Shown: positions 38,073 to 51,174, counted from the stretch's first letter. The stretch: 64,000 nt of DNA from Octopus sinensis (GCF_006345805.1 NC_042998.1:37820001-37884000), one strand, 5' to 3'. Notes: generated by a model not told the origin, from the sequence alone. Made by a program: numbers and translations.

Positions 38073-39966
38073 ACCAATAAACGACTTTTGGGTAAGTGTC
38101 CTGAAGACTTGGAGGTGATAATATCATCATGATGAAGTGCAACTTTTCTTGGATTCGTAACCTTTAAATCACATCACACTTCGAAAGCTATGAGCTTGCA
38201 ACCGACGACAGCTAATGAACAAAAAAGACAGTAAAGTTCTTGAAGCAACCAAAAATATCGATCGTGTTACATTTCTGTGGAGAACATCAAGTATAGGATG
38301 AACAGCGGCCCCCAAAATGACAACATGGTACTACACAGCAATGTGACCTGACCCTATCGTCATTAAAAGAGTATGTTATGTATCCTAAGCAAAAAGAAAA
38401 GTAGATTGTCTTGGGATAAAGAGACCCCCCCCCTTACTGAACTCACACAAGGAATATTGATAGAATATTCCCATCAAAACTTCTATCAAATGCAACATAA
38501 CCGACAGACTGTACATATTTGGGACAGACAATAAAACCGTCATACACGCCAGCTGCCCTGTTGAGGAAAATACATCTTCGAAAATAAAAAAGAAAGTGGC
38601 TATTTACGGATAAAATTCTTCGAAATTTTAAGCTTTTAAACATCGGTTATAAATTCTAATTTATACCAATAGAAATTGTGTTTTGTAAGTAAATGTTTAA
38701 GTAAGGGTCTGAAAACGGCACTAGGTTTTCAGATAAGAAATTAACCAACTAACACGTGTACAACAAATACAATATATAACCGGAACTGTGCAAATATGCA
38801 AAACTTTCTCACAATTATGCAAGATTTTTCTTGACATGTATCATAGTTTTTGGCATAAATATTCCAAAGATAGAGCTTTATATAACCGTTAAAAACCAGC
38901 TCCTTCATTATTGCAAGAACTGAAATAATTTTAAGTAGAAGAGAACAACATGTTCTTTTTTATACATGCAAATATGGCTGCCGATCAGCAAAGTGGTTGG
39001 AACATCGGAGAGACTGCGTTGGGATATCTGTTCTGACTCAAAGCGCTTAAAACATCAATTGCAATTCAGGCTAGCTTTTTCTTTTATCGTTTGAGAATCC
39101 TTAATTTAAGTGTCTTAAATTAAATAATCTTTAATTTAAGAATTGCTGTTGCAATTCTCACTCCCTCCAGATGTCACATTCTGGATATTTTCATGCGTTA
39201 ATGGTAGGAGGAGGGAGGTTGGAAGCAGAGGTGCAGCTTCTTGAGACTAGAGAAACATAACATTGTCACATGATATCATTTCATACTGGATAACAAATGA
39301 CAACCGTTGCATTACATACATATATACATACATGCATACACGTTTGCATACATGCACATATACATATATGCATACACATACATATGAACACACACACACA
39401 TATTTGGGCGGTGGTACAAGAGCAAAGCTAGTAGTAGTGCTATTCTTAATGATGCCTTCAACTGACGCAACATAACCCTATTTTCGAACGTAGCCCCTGT
39501 GGCTAATTGAGTTAAGCCTAATGCCTATTTGATCCCCAAATCTTTAACCATGGAGAATTGAGAAAGAAGTTCAAGGCGAGAATTCCATTCAGAACCTTAT
39601 GCGGAGCTCACTGATTTGACCGACCTTGCATCATTTCTCACTTTGCAGCACCCTTTACAAGTTCAAGGGGAATCGTTGTCGTCTATTTTATTGATCTTCC
39701 TATAACTGCAGCGATCAGTTATTTCATTCTTGTGTGAGTGATGGGATTAGAACTTTGCCTCCAAACCACGTGGTTTCAAGTTCAGTCTCACTACGTTGCA
39801 CCTTGGGCAAGTATCTTTAATACAACCTGAGGACGACCAAAGTCATGTGAAAGAAATTGGACGAAAATTAAAAAACAAACAGTCGTACACACATGCATGC
39901 ATGCATGCATGCATGCATACATGCATACATACATACATACATACATACATACATACATACATGCAT

Positions 39967-40008
<42 letters not shown>

Positions 40009-40010
40009 TA

Positions 40011-41129
40011 CAGGGGTTGGACAAAATAATGGAAACACCTTAAAATTTCAAAAAAAATTAATTTAATACGGGGTAGGACCGCCTTGAATTCTATGAGGTA
40101 TGGACTTGTTCAAAGTGAATTGTTTCCGAAGGAATTTTTGTCCATTCTTCAGCTAAAACTGTCTCCAGTTCTTGTAGTGATTATGGTGGAGGATATCGAT
40201 TCCTTACTTGCTTTTCTAAAAGGCACCATAAATGTTCAATAATATTGAGATCTAGGGACTGTGGTGGCCAGATAAGATGTTCAACTTCACCAGAATGTTC
40301 CTCGTGCCATTCAATAACAACTTTAGATTTGTGGGAAAACCACTGGGCCGGCAGATTTCCAAGATATAGCCCCCCAGATCATCACAGATCCTCTACCATG
40401 TTTAACAATTGGAAGAAGGCAGACTTGGTCAAATGCTTCTTTTAGCTGTCTCCACACGTATACTCGGCACATGGTCGGAAATAAGATAAAGGATGACTCG
40501 TCCGAGAAAATAATTTCCCACTGCTCTGGGGGCCAATTCTGTAGGTTTTTCCGCCACTCTAAACGCTTTGCAACGTTTGTTTTTGAAAGTAGTGGTTTTC
40601 TGATTGCAGCCCTCCCGTCAAATCCGGCTCTGTGCAGCTCCTGGCGAACAGTTTTGGTGGAAACTGGGTTCTCGAGGTGGTCATTAAGCTCTGCAGTAAT
40701 TTTGGGAGTTGTACTTTTGTGATCCTTTCTAACAATTCGCGTAAGAGCCCGACGGTCCCTATCTGAAAGTTTTGGTCTTCTTCCAGAGTTTTGTTTCTAC
40801 GAGGTGTTTTCTTCTTTCTCAAAGGCTGTTATTACTTTCGAGACAGTACTTCTTGATACACCGAACATTTCAGCTGTTTACATTACGCTAGCGCCTGCCA
40901 TGCGAGCACAAACAAGTTGACCTTTTTGAAAGTCCGAAAGCTGTCATTTTAACTACCTTTTTCTGATCATACCTGAAAAGAAACAGCAATTTTAGCAAAA
41001 TATATTAAGCAACACTAATAGTAAATAAAAAAACCTCATAAAAATAAACAAGCTTTTGACGGTTTTATAGATATTTCAAAATTATGATGCTATGATGCTT
41101 GGTATTTCCATTATTTTGTCTAACACCTG
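40011..41129 (-). mobile_element. Second copy of the Tc1-type (DD36E) transposon, internally deleted
   Basis: TIRs CAGGGGTTGGACAAAATAATGGAAACACC (40011) and GGTATTTCCATTATTTTGTCTAACACCTG (ends 41129), with TA flanks. Colinear with the reverse complement of 411-1663 apart from a deletion near 40327. Confidence 0.95.
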
Positions 41130-41169
41130 TACATATAGATACATGTATATTTAGGGGATGGACACGTGC

Positions 41170-41380
41170 GTGTTTGTTTATGTATTTGTGTTTGTCCAAT
41201 CACTTGGAAACCGGTTTTGGTTTGTTTACGTCCCCGTAACATAGCGGTTTGGCAAAACACAAAGATAGAATAAGTGTGAAACTATAAATACCGGAGACGA
41301 TTTGCTTGGTTAAACTCTTCGAGATGGTGTCCCAGCATGGCTGCAGTCCAATGACTAAAACAGCTAAAAGATAAAAGATT
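41170..41380 (+). mobile_element. SINE family A 3' half, old
   Basis: TTTACGTCCCCGTAACATAGCGGTTTGGCAAAA..CCAGCATGGCTGCAGTC match. Confidence 0.75.
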
Positions 41381-41437
41381 CTTAAAAGGAACAAATGGCC
41401 GACCAAGAAAAACAGGATTTCAAATCAGAACGTAAAG

Positions 41438-41798
41438 AAGTGGTCCTCAACTGGGGTCCGTATGGACCCTGTGAGGGTCCATATAAGATTTTTGAGGTCC
41501 ACACAAGAAAATAGGAAATTGGGGATTCACATTAGTGTTTTAAGGGACCCTGAAATTTCTTTAATTGAGGTGTATGTATTGATATGTATTGCAAGAAACG
41601 GTCAGGTTTCTTTCTTTAACATTTTACAAACTCCAAACTACACAAGTTAATGTATGTGTGTGCGGGGGGGGGGGGGCAAAATAGGAATTTTGAAAGAAGT
41701 TTCTATAAAACTAGTTTTTAAATATCAAATAGCTATTGGGGTCCACCAGAATAAAATAGTAATCAAAGGTGTCCATAGATTAAAAATGGTTGAGACTG
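41438..41798. mobile_element. hAT-derived MITE
   Basis: Starts AGTGGTCCTCAAC.GGGGTCCGTATGGACCC and ends GTCCATAGATTAAAAATGGTTGAGACTG. Confidence 0.7.
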
Positions 41799-41920
41799 AA
41801 CAAAATACGGTGAACCAGTTTATTGGAGGCTTTGTCGTTTCTAGCCCCGCTAACAGCAACAGTTGCATTAATTCATCGGAATATTTGGTCGCCACTTCTA
41901 CTACTACTACTAATAATAAT

Positions 41921-42131
41921 AATTTTTCTAGTCTAGGTACAAGCCCCGAAATTTTTGGGGAGGTGGCCAGTCGATTAGATCGACCCCAGTATGCAACTGG
42001 TACTTATCGACCCCGAAAGGATGAAAAGCAAAATCGACCTCGGCGGAATTTGAACCTAGAACATAAAGACGAACGAAATAACGCTATGCATTTCGCCCGG
42101 CGTGCTAACGTTTCTGCCAGCTCACCGCCTT
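41921..42131 (-). mobile_element. SINE family B variant with (TTA)n tail
   Basis: Head and central-domain match to family B. A further decayed piece lies at ~42480-42595. Confidence 0.82.
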
Positions 42132-43210
42132 AATAATAATAATAACAACAATAATAATAATAATAACAATGATTTCATTTATTTGCCACAAGGGCGAAGA
42201 ATGAAGGGGACAATACAAAGACAGGCATAGAGTGTGGGGGTTTACATACGAAATGAAGAAAAAAAGAAACTATATACGGTATACACTAAAAAAAAAGGGA
42301 CATATGCATAGCATAGAAAGGCTTTTTAAAAAGTGTCGGAGAGGATGATAGTGATATGACCTTCCTGATAGAGGAAGGCCTCTAGCGATAATCGAGGAAC
42401 CCCAATAATAATTTTTTATTAGCCACAGCGGTAGAGATGAAGGGGACAATGATTCTTTCTTTATAGTTACAGGGCCTGACATTTATTTTATCAACACTGA
42501 AATGAGAAAAGGCAAAATCGACCTCACCGGAATTTGTACTTAGAGAGTATAGCCGGAAGAAATGCTGAGAAGCATTTTGTCCGGTGTATGCTACTACTTC
42601 TACTGCTACTACTACTGCTGCTGCTGCAACAACCATCGCTACACTTTCGCTTGCTGCTAGAAGCTTTGACACGTACGTCCTAAGCAATGGATTGACATTA
42701 GTGAGACTGGTGCTTGTCTACAGCTGCTGTTGACTTGTCGCTGTCACCATCGTAGGACAGCAATGAAAAACAGTCAGTAGTATCAGGTTTGTCAGCTATG
42801 GCAGTGTTCGTGTGTGCGTCTGTATGTGTACTCCTCCACTCGTGTGCGAACGCGCATGCGCAGGTAGATGTTCGGGGAGTGGCGGAAATCCTAGCATTTG
42901 CAAATGAATACCATTTAGAAAGACGTCGGTAACCGCCACAAAACAGCACAGCTTTCTCGATATAACAGTGAAATCCTTCTCAAATAACACTATTTACTGT
43001 TAATAAAATAGTTGCTCAATGTTTCAATCTCAATGTTTTGCTCAATGTAAATCGGTTGAAAAAAAAAAAAAAAAAAAAGAACCTATTCAACACGGACGGA
43101 ACTCTTTCAATAATTCAGATGCGAAAGCAGAAAACACCAGAAATTCTCAGGTATATGTATGTATATACTAGATTCTTAAACCGCAAGACCGACTCTACTA
43201 GTTATTCTGC

Positions 43211-43305
<95 letters not shown>

Positions 43306-43331
43306 CTGAGCACTGTATACAATAATTTCAT

Positions 43332-43377
<46 letters not shown>

Positions 43378-43379
<2 letters not shown>

Positions 43380-43598
43380 TTTGTAAAAATCAAATCCGAA
43401 GAAGCACATTTTAAGATGTTGAGGAGTATGTATTAAAAATGAGGAAGGCCTGTTTACGGGATGACTTTAAGCTTCCCGTCCATAAAGCTGAACCCTTTAT
43501 GGACGGGAAGCACAAAGTAATCCCCATAAACCGGCCTTCTCAATTTTTAATATACATACACACACACACATATGTATGTACGTGAGTGTGTGTGTGTG

Positions 43599-43642
<44 letters not shown>

Positions 43643-44092
43643 AAATGAAAGACGGAAGATGGAATATACGAGAATTTATTAATCACGACAATTGTTTCGA
43701 CACACCTAGCATCGATTCCTCTTCGGAGGGACATTCAACAACTGGTTCAGGAGCATCCGGCGATTTAGATGCATCTCGTCGGGTGATAAATACAGCGGAG
43801 GAAATATCATTTATATAGAAGATCAAAAATGTTTAATCTTCTATATAAATGAAGATATTTCCTCCGTCTGGCTGCTTTTCTCTCTACAAAACGAGAAGTT
43901 ACATTGCGAAAATATTATTTTAATGAGTTGTATTTATTTATCACACGACAAGATACGTCTGCACCACCGGATGCTCCTGAACCAGTTGTTGAGTATCCTA
44001 CCCATGAAGAATCGATGCTAGGTGTGTCGAACCAATTGCCGTAGTTAAATAATAAATTCTCGTATAGTCCATCTTCCGTCTTTCACTTGCCA
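43378..44092. repeat. Composite cassette copy 1: ~120-bp hairpin (43431-43552), microsatellite, then ~450-bp fold-back (43641-44091)
   Basis: The inverted arms are directly visible, and the whole cassette recurs at 48484-49133. Confidence 0.9.
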
Positions 44093-44179
44093 TATACATA
44101 CCGATCTTGACAGTGACCGTGCCTTACCATTAAACTACCAGGTGTAAACCATTCGTTTTATTATCCATTATATATATAA

Positions 44180-44555
44180 TTTGTTTCACTCATTCGACTT
44201 CAGCGATGCTGGGCCACCCCCTTGAAAGATTCCGTTGAACCAATCGGCCCCAGTCGCTATTTGCAATTCTAGCATTTATTCTACGATCTCTTATCCCGAA
44301 CCGCTAGTTCACCGGTACCTAAACAATCCAACTCTGTTGTCAAGCATTATTGACGAACAAATACAAAGACACACACACATATATATATATACATAAACAC
44401 ACACACACACAACAGAATTTCTTTCAGTTTCCCCCTACCAAATCCACTGAGATGGCTTTGGCTGTCTGTAATAAAACATTTACTGGGGATGCAGTGCAGT
44501 GGATTGAATCCAAGATCACATGCTTGGGATACAATCTTCTCAACCGCACACCTAG
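44180..44555 (-). mobile_element. SINE family A, old copy
   Basis: Heavily diverged tail-to-head match. Confidence 0.7.
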
Positions 44556-44595
44556 CTGTATACACACACATATTGGGACCGCCTTAAAGCCTTGA

Positions 44596-44980
44596 AACTC
44601 TACTTTCTCTCTCTCCAGCGACGCGGCTAGTGGTACATCATTTGAACGATGAGGAGAATATACTGCCAGAATTGCCCAAACGATTTGAACATTAGCTTCA
44701 AAGTTCATCTAAGGCTGTCCAATTCAGGATCACAACATATAGGTACACTGCGACATAATTTCTTTTCCTCAACAGGAACTGCCCTGTTTAACATTGTCCC
44801 AAAACTGATCAAAGAGGAAAAGGATCCCGTCATCATTAAAAGGAGTCTGGATAAATTTCTTCAAGAAATACCAGATAAGCCACTCATACCTGCATATAAC
44901 TCACTCAACAAGAATTCCCTACTTGAATGGACCTTGATACCACAAAACTTGATTTAAAAGTATTTAGATAACCCTATGAG
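44596..44980 (+). mobile_element. 3' end of a CR1/L2-group LINE ORF2
   Basis: SLQRRG..YII..RIY....GTLRHNFFSSTGTALFNIVPKLIK....IKRSLDKFLQEIPDKP..NSLLEW is a typical CR1/L2-group C-terminus. Confidence 0.75.
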
Positions 44981-45067
44981 GTGGTGCTATTAAGTTACAC
45001 AAATTTTGGTCGAAACATATCAAAGTTTATCTACTCACACATATATACATACATACATACACACACA

Positions 45068-45240
45068 AACAAGGTGCGATAGGTAAATTGTTACTGCTTT
45101 ATATTTTTAATTTCGAGCATGCGTATTTTGTTTTGGATTTTATCGACTGCACAGTAGGGGCAGTTGGACACCATCTGCGAGGAAAACCCCACCATGACCC
45201 AATTCACTCTGCCAGAAATTTGAAAACGACATGCTGTATT
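45068..45240 (+). mobile_element. 5' fragment of a Tc1/mariner element
   Basis: TIR-like start ACAAGGTGCGATAGGTAAATTG, followed by an ATG (MTQFTLPEI*KRHAV) that is cut off by the LINE fragment. Confidence 0.45.
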
Positions 45241-46510
45241 CCTACAATTCAGTGAGAGAGATAAAATTCTCTATCTGAAAGAGTTTGCTGCATGCAATCA
45301 AACAATATGCATAGTGCTTACAGAAACACATCTAAACTCTAAAATACGATGCGGAAATACATATACACAGCGTATGCTGTATTTAGTACACATAGAAGAG
45401 TGTCTACGTACATCCTCGAAGATGTCACGCCTCTTGTATTTTTGTCACACTTAAACGCAGTAACACTTTAATAATATGAAACAAATTGATGTAGTTTTAT
45501 GCATAACATATCGTCCGCCAAATACCTTGAAATATGATGGTAAGATTGAGGATGGCCTCAGATACATTGAAACAGTAATGACAAACCTGGACCAACGCAT
45601 ACCGACAAACATCTTCAGAGACAGGAAAATCTCTGAGATTCAGATCAAAGGTCTCAAACCAGTTCGGTAGGCAACTGAAGGATAAGGAGAAGTCTGACTT
45701 AAGACGGACAAAAAATCAAATCAAACTTTCTCATTGAAAGAAAAGTGTAAAGAGAGAGAGAGAGAGGCAATTGGGGAACAGAGCTGTGGAAAGCATAAAC
45801 CCAAACCCTAAATCTGTCTATAAATTAGCAAAGGTAACAACCGCAGTACAATATAAAATAGGACCGTTGTTCCAAAGGTATGGCTTGCTAACCGCGGACC
45901 CGAAAAGTATATGAAGTACTCAGTGAATAATTAAAATGTGTCTTCATCTTCCTCCAGGAACACATGCAGAAAAATAACCAGACTGAATTCTTTAACATTG
46001 CTGTTCAGCAGATGAAAGCGACAACCATCGATTTCATAGACATTGAGGAGGCAGATGTAACAGCGGCCATATATGAAATGAGGTCAAGCTCAGCAACTGG
46101 TCCCGATGACTTTCCAGCTTTTCTCCTGAAGTCATATAAATACGCTTTAAGGAAACCACTTCAGATACTCCAGAGTTTCCTTGCAAGTGATAAACTTCTT
46201 AAAAAATTAAAAGGCATCATATGTCCTATCCGCTAAAATAGGAGCAGAGCAGAGGCTCAAAACTACAGGCCAATCTCTGACTGCTCATATCAATAAAGTC
46301 ATGGAAAGAATCATCAGAAAAAAGCTGATATTCATCTTAGAAGAAAATGGTTTACTGAATGATACACATGAAGAATCTGCCTTTCACAGCTCTTACAACG
46401 TTACGACCGAGTTTTGAAACATTTATTTGACAAGTCAGATACCAATGTAATATATATTTTGACTTCGCAAAGGCCTTTGATTAGGGAGATCGTCACATCA
46501 TATGTCACAG
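45241..46510 (+). mobile_element. Decayed CR1/L2-group LINE (AP endonuclease plus reverse transcriptase pieces)
   Basis: Fragments ICIVLTETHL and YRPPN (APE), and ATGPDDFPA.LLK, NYRPIS, KVMERII and DFAKAFD (RT), with many stops and deletions. Confidence 0.85.
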
Positions 46511-46803
46511 GAATCAGCTCATTGTAAGTGGTGATGTGGCTCTTGTTCACAGTAGAACATGTGCAACCCATGGAAAGGTGCGCCTTTCAGTTGGAGGACT
46601 GAGAACGCATGTCAAACGAGTTCATGTTGTGGCACAAGGGCCTCACATTGCAACATCAATGATTCATTTCAGTGATTCTATCCAGCAATGGCTTTGCCCA
46701 TATTTTGAGGAAGCAGCTACTTATATATAAGAAAGAGAAATGGTAAAATGACAAGTGGAAAGTTGATTTATGTCTGTAAATGAACTGTAGACATGCATGC
46801 ATG

Positions 46804-46851
<48 letters not shown>

Positions 46852-46867
46852 AAGATGTATCACTTTT

Positions 46868-47913
46868 CTCTCTTTTACTTGTTTCAGTCATTTGACTGCG
46901 GCCATGCTGGAGCACCGCCTTTTAGTCGAGCAAATCGACCCCAGGTCTTATTCTTTGGAAGCCTAGTACTTATTCTATCGGTGTCTTTTGCCGAACCGCT
47001 ATGTTACGGGGACGTAAACATACCAGCATCGGTTGTCAAGCGATGTTAGGGGGACAAACACAGATACACAAACACACACACACATATATATCTGATGTAT
47101 GAAAGGCATGTGAAAGTAAGAGCGAGAAGAAGATGCCAAACAATATAGGAGCGAGGACACAACCTTGCTTTACCCCGTTTTTTATTTGGAAGGCGGCTGA
47201 TGTTGAACCGTTGTGCTGTATGGTGCCTTGCATGTCATCATGGAAAGACTTGATGATCCTCAGCAGCTTCGGTGGACATCCGATTTTTTGGAGCAGGATG
47301 AAGAGGCCTGTTCTGCTTACCGAGTCAAAAGCCTTTGTTAGATCAATGAAGGCCATATATAATGGCATTTTCTACTCTCTGGACTTCTCCTGAAGTTGGC
47401 GTATGGAGAATATCATATCGATAGTTGATCTGTTTCTTCTAAAGCCACACTGCGATTCCGGATAGATTCGAGAAGCAAGTAGTTGTAGCCTGGCCAGGGT
47501 AACGCGGGCAAAGGTCTTTCCAACAGTGCTTAGAAGTGATATACCACGGTAATTGTTACAATCACCACGGTCACCTTTGTTTTTGTAAAGCGTGATGATG
47601 TTAGCATCCCGCATATCCTGAGGGACTGTACCCTCTTCCCAGCACTGACACAGAAGCTCATGAAGGTGCCGAAGCAGGATGGTGTTTTTGCCGGCTTTGA
47701 TGATCTCTGAGGGGATGCCGTCTTTTCCCGGAGCCTTATTTCTTGCTAGGGAGTCAGCTTCTTCCAGTTTCCGTCTACCAAATCCACCCACAAGGCTTTG
47801 GTCAGCCCGAGGCTATAGTAGAAGGCACTTTCCCAAGGTGCCACGCAGTGGAACTGAACCCGGAACAGTGTAGTTGGTAAACAGGCTACTTACCACACAG
47901 CCACTACTGCGCC
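46868..47913 (-). mobile_element. SINE family A split at its central microsatellite by an RTE fragment
   Basis: Tail half at 46868-47089 and head half at 47757-47913. Confidence 0.85.
47090..47757 (-). pseudogene. RTE-clade LINE reverse transcriptase internal fragment
   Basis: KAPGKDGIPSEI..VPQDMRDANIITLYKNKGDRGDCNNYRGISLLS..PESQCGFR..RSTIDMIF..RQLQEK, then FIDLTKAFDSV..GVKQGCVLAPILF. One frameshift near 47370. Confidence 0.93.
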
Positions 47914-48483
47914 TATATATACGTAAGTATACAATGCATTTCCCAAAATAAACCAACTTTCCACTTGACTTATAATCATTTTACTTTCTTCTCCCTCGCG
48001 TATATACAAATATATGTGTGTATATAACCACATGTGGATTTGCGTGTATATTTGACGGTGCATGCTTATGTGTGTGTATGTAAACATTGACATGTTTATG
48101 CGTTTATTCACCAATTTGTTTGGATCTTTTCGGTTTGAACGGCAGCTTTTAACATAATTTCTAGGTAGCTAAAAAATTGTAAACTTCGTATACTGGTAGA
48201 ATGTGTTTATAAAACATCTTTTTCTCTTGGCTTTATTGATAAAATCCTATAGTTTGTAAGATATTTGTTGTTTTTTTCTTCAATTTCTGCAATTTCAACC
48301 AATCAAATACGTCTATTGAGGTGAAACCATTCTGTGCCGTATGAATATATCCCTCGTTTAAGAAACAGATTGGGTTTATTTACATTTCTGAAGCAAAAAC
48401 GATAAATAAAGATAGATAGATAGATAAAGAAAGATAAAGATAGATAGATAGATAGATAAAGATAGATAGGTAGATAGATAAGA

Positions 48484-49133
48484 TCATTTGTAAAAAAAAC
48501 ATAAATACAACGAAGAAGCACATCCTAAGATGTAGAGGAGTATGTATTAAAAATAAGGAAGGCCTGTTTACGGGATTACTTTAAGCTTCCTGTCCATAAA
48601 GCTGAACACATTATGTACGGGAAACACAAAGTAATCCCCATAAACCGGCCTTCCCAATTAATATATATATATATATATATGTCAAATGAAAGACGGAAGA
48701 TGGAATATACGAGAATCTATTAATCACGACAATTGTTTCGACACACCTAGCATCGATTCTTCCTGGGAGGGACATTCAACAACTGGTTCAGGAGTATCCG
48801 GCGATTTAGATGCATCTCGTCGGGTGATAAATACAGCGGAGGAAATATCATTTTTATAAAAGATCAAAAATGTTTAATCTTCTATATAAATGAAGATATT
48901 TCCTACGTCTGACTTTTTTTCTTTCTACAAAACGAGAAGTTACATTGCGAAACTGTTATTTTAACGAGTTGTATTTATTTATCACACGACAAGATACGTC
49001 TGCACCACCGGATGCTCCTGAACCAGTTGTTGAGTATCCTACCCATGGAGAATTGATGCTAGATGTGTAGAAACAATTGTTGTGGTTAAATAATAAATTC
49101 TCGTATAGTCCATCTTCCGTCTTTCATTTGCCA
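48484..49133. repeat. Composite cassette copy 2 (direct repeat of 43378-44092)
   Basis: Same hairpin (48545-48660), a shorter (TA)n and the same fold-back (48682-49132). Confidence 0.9.
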
Positions 49134-49163
49134 TATACGAGTAATTTCTAAAATTTTCATTAT

Positions 49164-49211
<48 letters not shown>

Positions 49212-50577
49212 CTATTACCTATGTAATTATATACATAATGCTTTTACATTATTGAAACAGTCATAGAAATCAAATTATGAATTGTGAAAAAATGCTTTCT
49301 AATAAAGTGTATATGTATGTATGTATATAGAAGCATTGGTTATAGAAAATTAAATTTGGGTCAACGACTTTACATACAACACCACCCCCAAACATTTAAT
49401 CATATATAAAAATCACCATGGTCCCCAAATACATAAAAAATAATACATATATATAAAATCACAGAAGGTAAAAATATATAATCGAATAATAATACAAATA
49501 GAACGGCCAATCAAAAATGTTAAATATAAACGGCTAAAAATTCAAAATTTACCAAAAAACTTAATAGACAAATATAAAATAAGTAAAGGTAAAAATACAA
49601 ATATAATAAATATCCACTGATTAAAAATGTTTTATCAGACGATTAAAATATTTTTTCTTATATTTCTTAAGATTTTTTTTTAAAGATATTTGAAAAAAAC
49701 ACTTGAAAAAAATCTTTTACTTCCCTTATACAAGTGCATCCAAAGTCATAAGTAAACAGACTTCCACGGGTCAAATTCACATATATCTTGAAAAAATGTA
49801 TTTTACTCCCTCCACACGTGTACGTCCAAACGTTCATAATGAGCAGACTTCACAGGTCAAATTCAACATTCACATATATCTATGGCCATTTCGGGAGCTC
49901 ACCGCCGCAGTTTATTTATACGAAAGTGCAACACCGAGATATGAGGATAAACAGGAAACAAGAGATACGAATTGATCAAATTTTTTTAAAGAAAACCTTA
50001 TACTTGTTAATGAAAAGCTTATATAATTTAAAAGAAGAACCCCATAAACGGACGAGTCCAAATTTTCTAATTAAAAAAAGTCTACTGCTAAACATTTAGG
50101 TGGCTGTAGTTAACAGAAATCCAGTCTCGCCGGTTTCAAATCCCCGTAACGTTAAACAATGTTATTACATCTATTTTTATTTCTATACACTTAAGAAGGT
50201 GGACGAAAACCTATGGTTGCAAAAGGGATCACCTCAGTAAATCTATTCAAAGTTTTTGGTCCAAAAGACTTAAGGATAGAAAGGGTTCTTTTACATACAA
50301 CTTACACTTATTTATATTGACTCAGAAGTAAGGGTCTCTCGAAATAATGGACCGTTCCAGAGAATAACTTATTATTCCTCTTTAGACCGTGTAAATAAGA
50401 TGCAAGCGTGGTAGACCTACAGTATTTTTCATTTGAAAACGAGCTCATGTGGACTCCATACTTAGCCTTAAAATTTACCGTACTACCTATATAAAACTGA
50501 TCTAAATTATCCCTTTTGTTTCTTTTGGAAGAGACAAATATTATTTCTTGTTATATATATGTATATATGTATGTTTC

Positions 50578-51174
50578 TCCACATAAACCAAAAAAGAGGT
50601 ATAAAGACTTGCTGAAGGCTTCCTTAAGAGGTGCTAGCATCTCTCCTGACACATGGGAGGGCATATCTATTGACCGTAGCAGGTGGAGAAGAAATGCGCA
50701 CGAGGGGACAGCTACTTTTGAGAAATCTCGAGTTACGCATGAGAAAGTAAGGAGGAACATCAGGAAGGGCATCGCTGTTACACTTCCAGATGGGAAGGGT
50801 CTTCCTATGACGCTGACATGCAGGGTCTATGCAAGACCCTGCCTCAGTAAACCTGGACTCAAGAGTCATCTTCGTAGTCATAAAGCGAGACAGATGAGTG
50901 ACTACCTGGCCACTGGTGGTGGTGTTACACACCATACTAATCATATATGTCAGGCATGTGGAAGAGAGTGTAATTCGGCAGGAGGACTTAAACGACATGC
51001 AAAGGTACATGAAGCCCAGTTACAACTACAGCCTGCTATTGCCGGTAAAGGTGTTAGTTGCCAATTCTGCACAAGACATTGTAGATCTTTAGCTGGGCTA
51101 AAAAGTTACATTCGATCACAACACCGTTAACAGTTAAGCCTCGTGCAATGGCCATACTCGATAACGAGGGGTCA

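Noticed and set aside
50516-51130. Host C2H2 zinc-finger gene
   Set aside because: The upstream part is the RTE ORF2 C-terminal signature, there are no TGEKP linkers, and the ORF start lies in unrelated repeat/microsatellite sequence.
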